From Octopus sinensis (Eukaryota): a stretch of 64,000 nt of DNA. The notes below the pieces were generated by a model. The model ran no database searches and had not been told where the DNA came from. It saw only the letters and a list, made by a program, of their open reading frames with translations. Location of the stretch: NCBI RefSeq assembly GCF_006345805.1, contig NC_043014.1:13826001-13890000 (forward strand), written 5' to 3'. Positions 63,370 through 64,000 of this stretch are shown here, one piece after another; the stretch's first letter is position 1; every line of letters begins with the position of its first letter. Made by a program: the position numbers and the translations under genes.

Positions 63370-63780
63370 AGAATGGATTGGCTGTGTAGTTAAGAAGATT
63401 GCTTTGTAGCCATGTGGTTCTGGGTTTACTTAGAGTGCACAGTACCTCAGGTAAGTGTCTTGGGCCAACATATGTCTTGTGAGTGAATTTGGCAGAGGGA
63501 AACTGCATGGAAGCCCATCGTGTGTGTGTGTGTAAGAGGGGGTGCATTGGTGTTTGTCCTTCTCACCCTCACACAACTTAACAATCAATTTTGGTTTGTC
63601 CACATTTCTGTAACTTAGCAGTTCAGCTAAAGAGATTGATAGAATAAGTACCAGACTCATAAAAAAAAGAGAAACAAATAAATATAAGTACAGGAATTGG
63701 TTTGTTTGATTAAGGCCCTTCAAGGCAGTGCTCCAGCATGGCCACAGTCTAATGACTGAAACGAGAAAAGAGAAATACAA
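63370..63780 (+). mobile_element. Older SINE family A copy
   Basis: Diverged consensus match. Confidence 0.75.
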
Positions 63781-64000
63781 AAACGGAGAGAGAGAGAGAG
63801 AGAGAGAGAAGCAAAACAAATCTCAAAGCATAAAACCAAATTATCATCATGGTTTAGCATCAGCTGGAAGATTCTACAATAAACCTTTCAATACATCTTG
63901 AAAGCTGTAGCACCTCATCTCATTTGTAAGACACAACATTTTCTCGCTACATTGTGCCAAGCCCCCTTTGGCGCATGGCACAGTCACTAGTCTCTTTCTT

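Overview
AT-rich, repeat-saturated, non-coding animal DNA. It looks intronic or intergenic, and I infer an octopus-type cephalopod from recognising the repeat families by eye, not from a database search. I found no credible host exon, rRNA, tRNA gene or CRISPR array. Almost all ORF-track entries come from microsatellites, SINEs or decayed transposon frames. Contents: (i) dozens of tRNA-derived SINEs in at least three families (A: CORE-like box, central TA/CA microsatellite, GTAAAAGA tail; B: a ~184-bp body present as monomer, dimer or hexamer; C: tRNA-Met-like head); (ii) decayed RTE, L2/Crack-like and CR1-like LINE fragments; (iii) a full-length but dead DD34D mariner, an internally deleted mariner, and hAT-, piggyBac- and mariner-type MITEs; (iv) long microsatellite tracts. 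The most interesting signals are: minimal hammerhead-ribozyme-like motifs, mostly decayed, in several unrelated repeats (Penelope/retrozyme-like), including a back-to-back inverted pair and a 250-bp tandem array; two copies of an RTE derivative that share the same internal inversion junction; a SINE whose body is a variable-number tandem unit; a ~50-bp target-site duplication; and a CpG-dense element bounded by terminal inverted repeats. Alignments and counts were done by eye, so coordinates are approximate unless anchored to a quoted motif.
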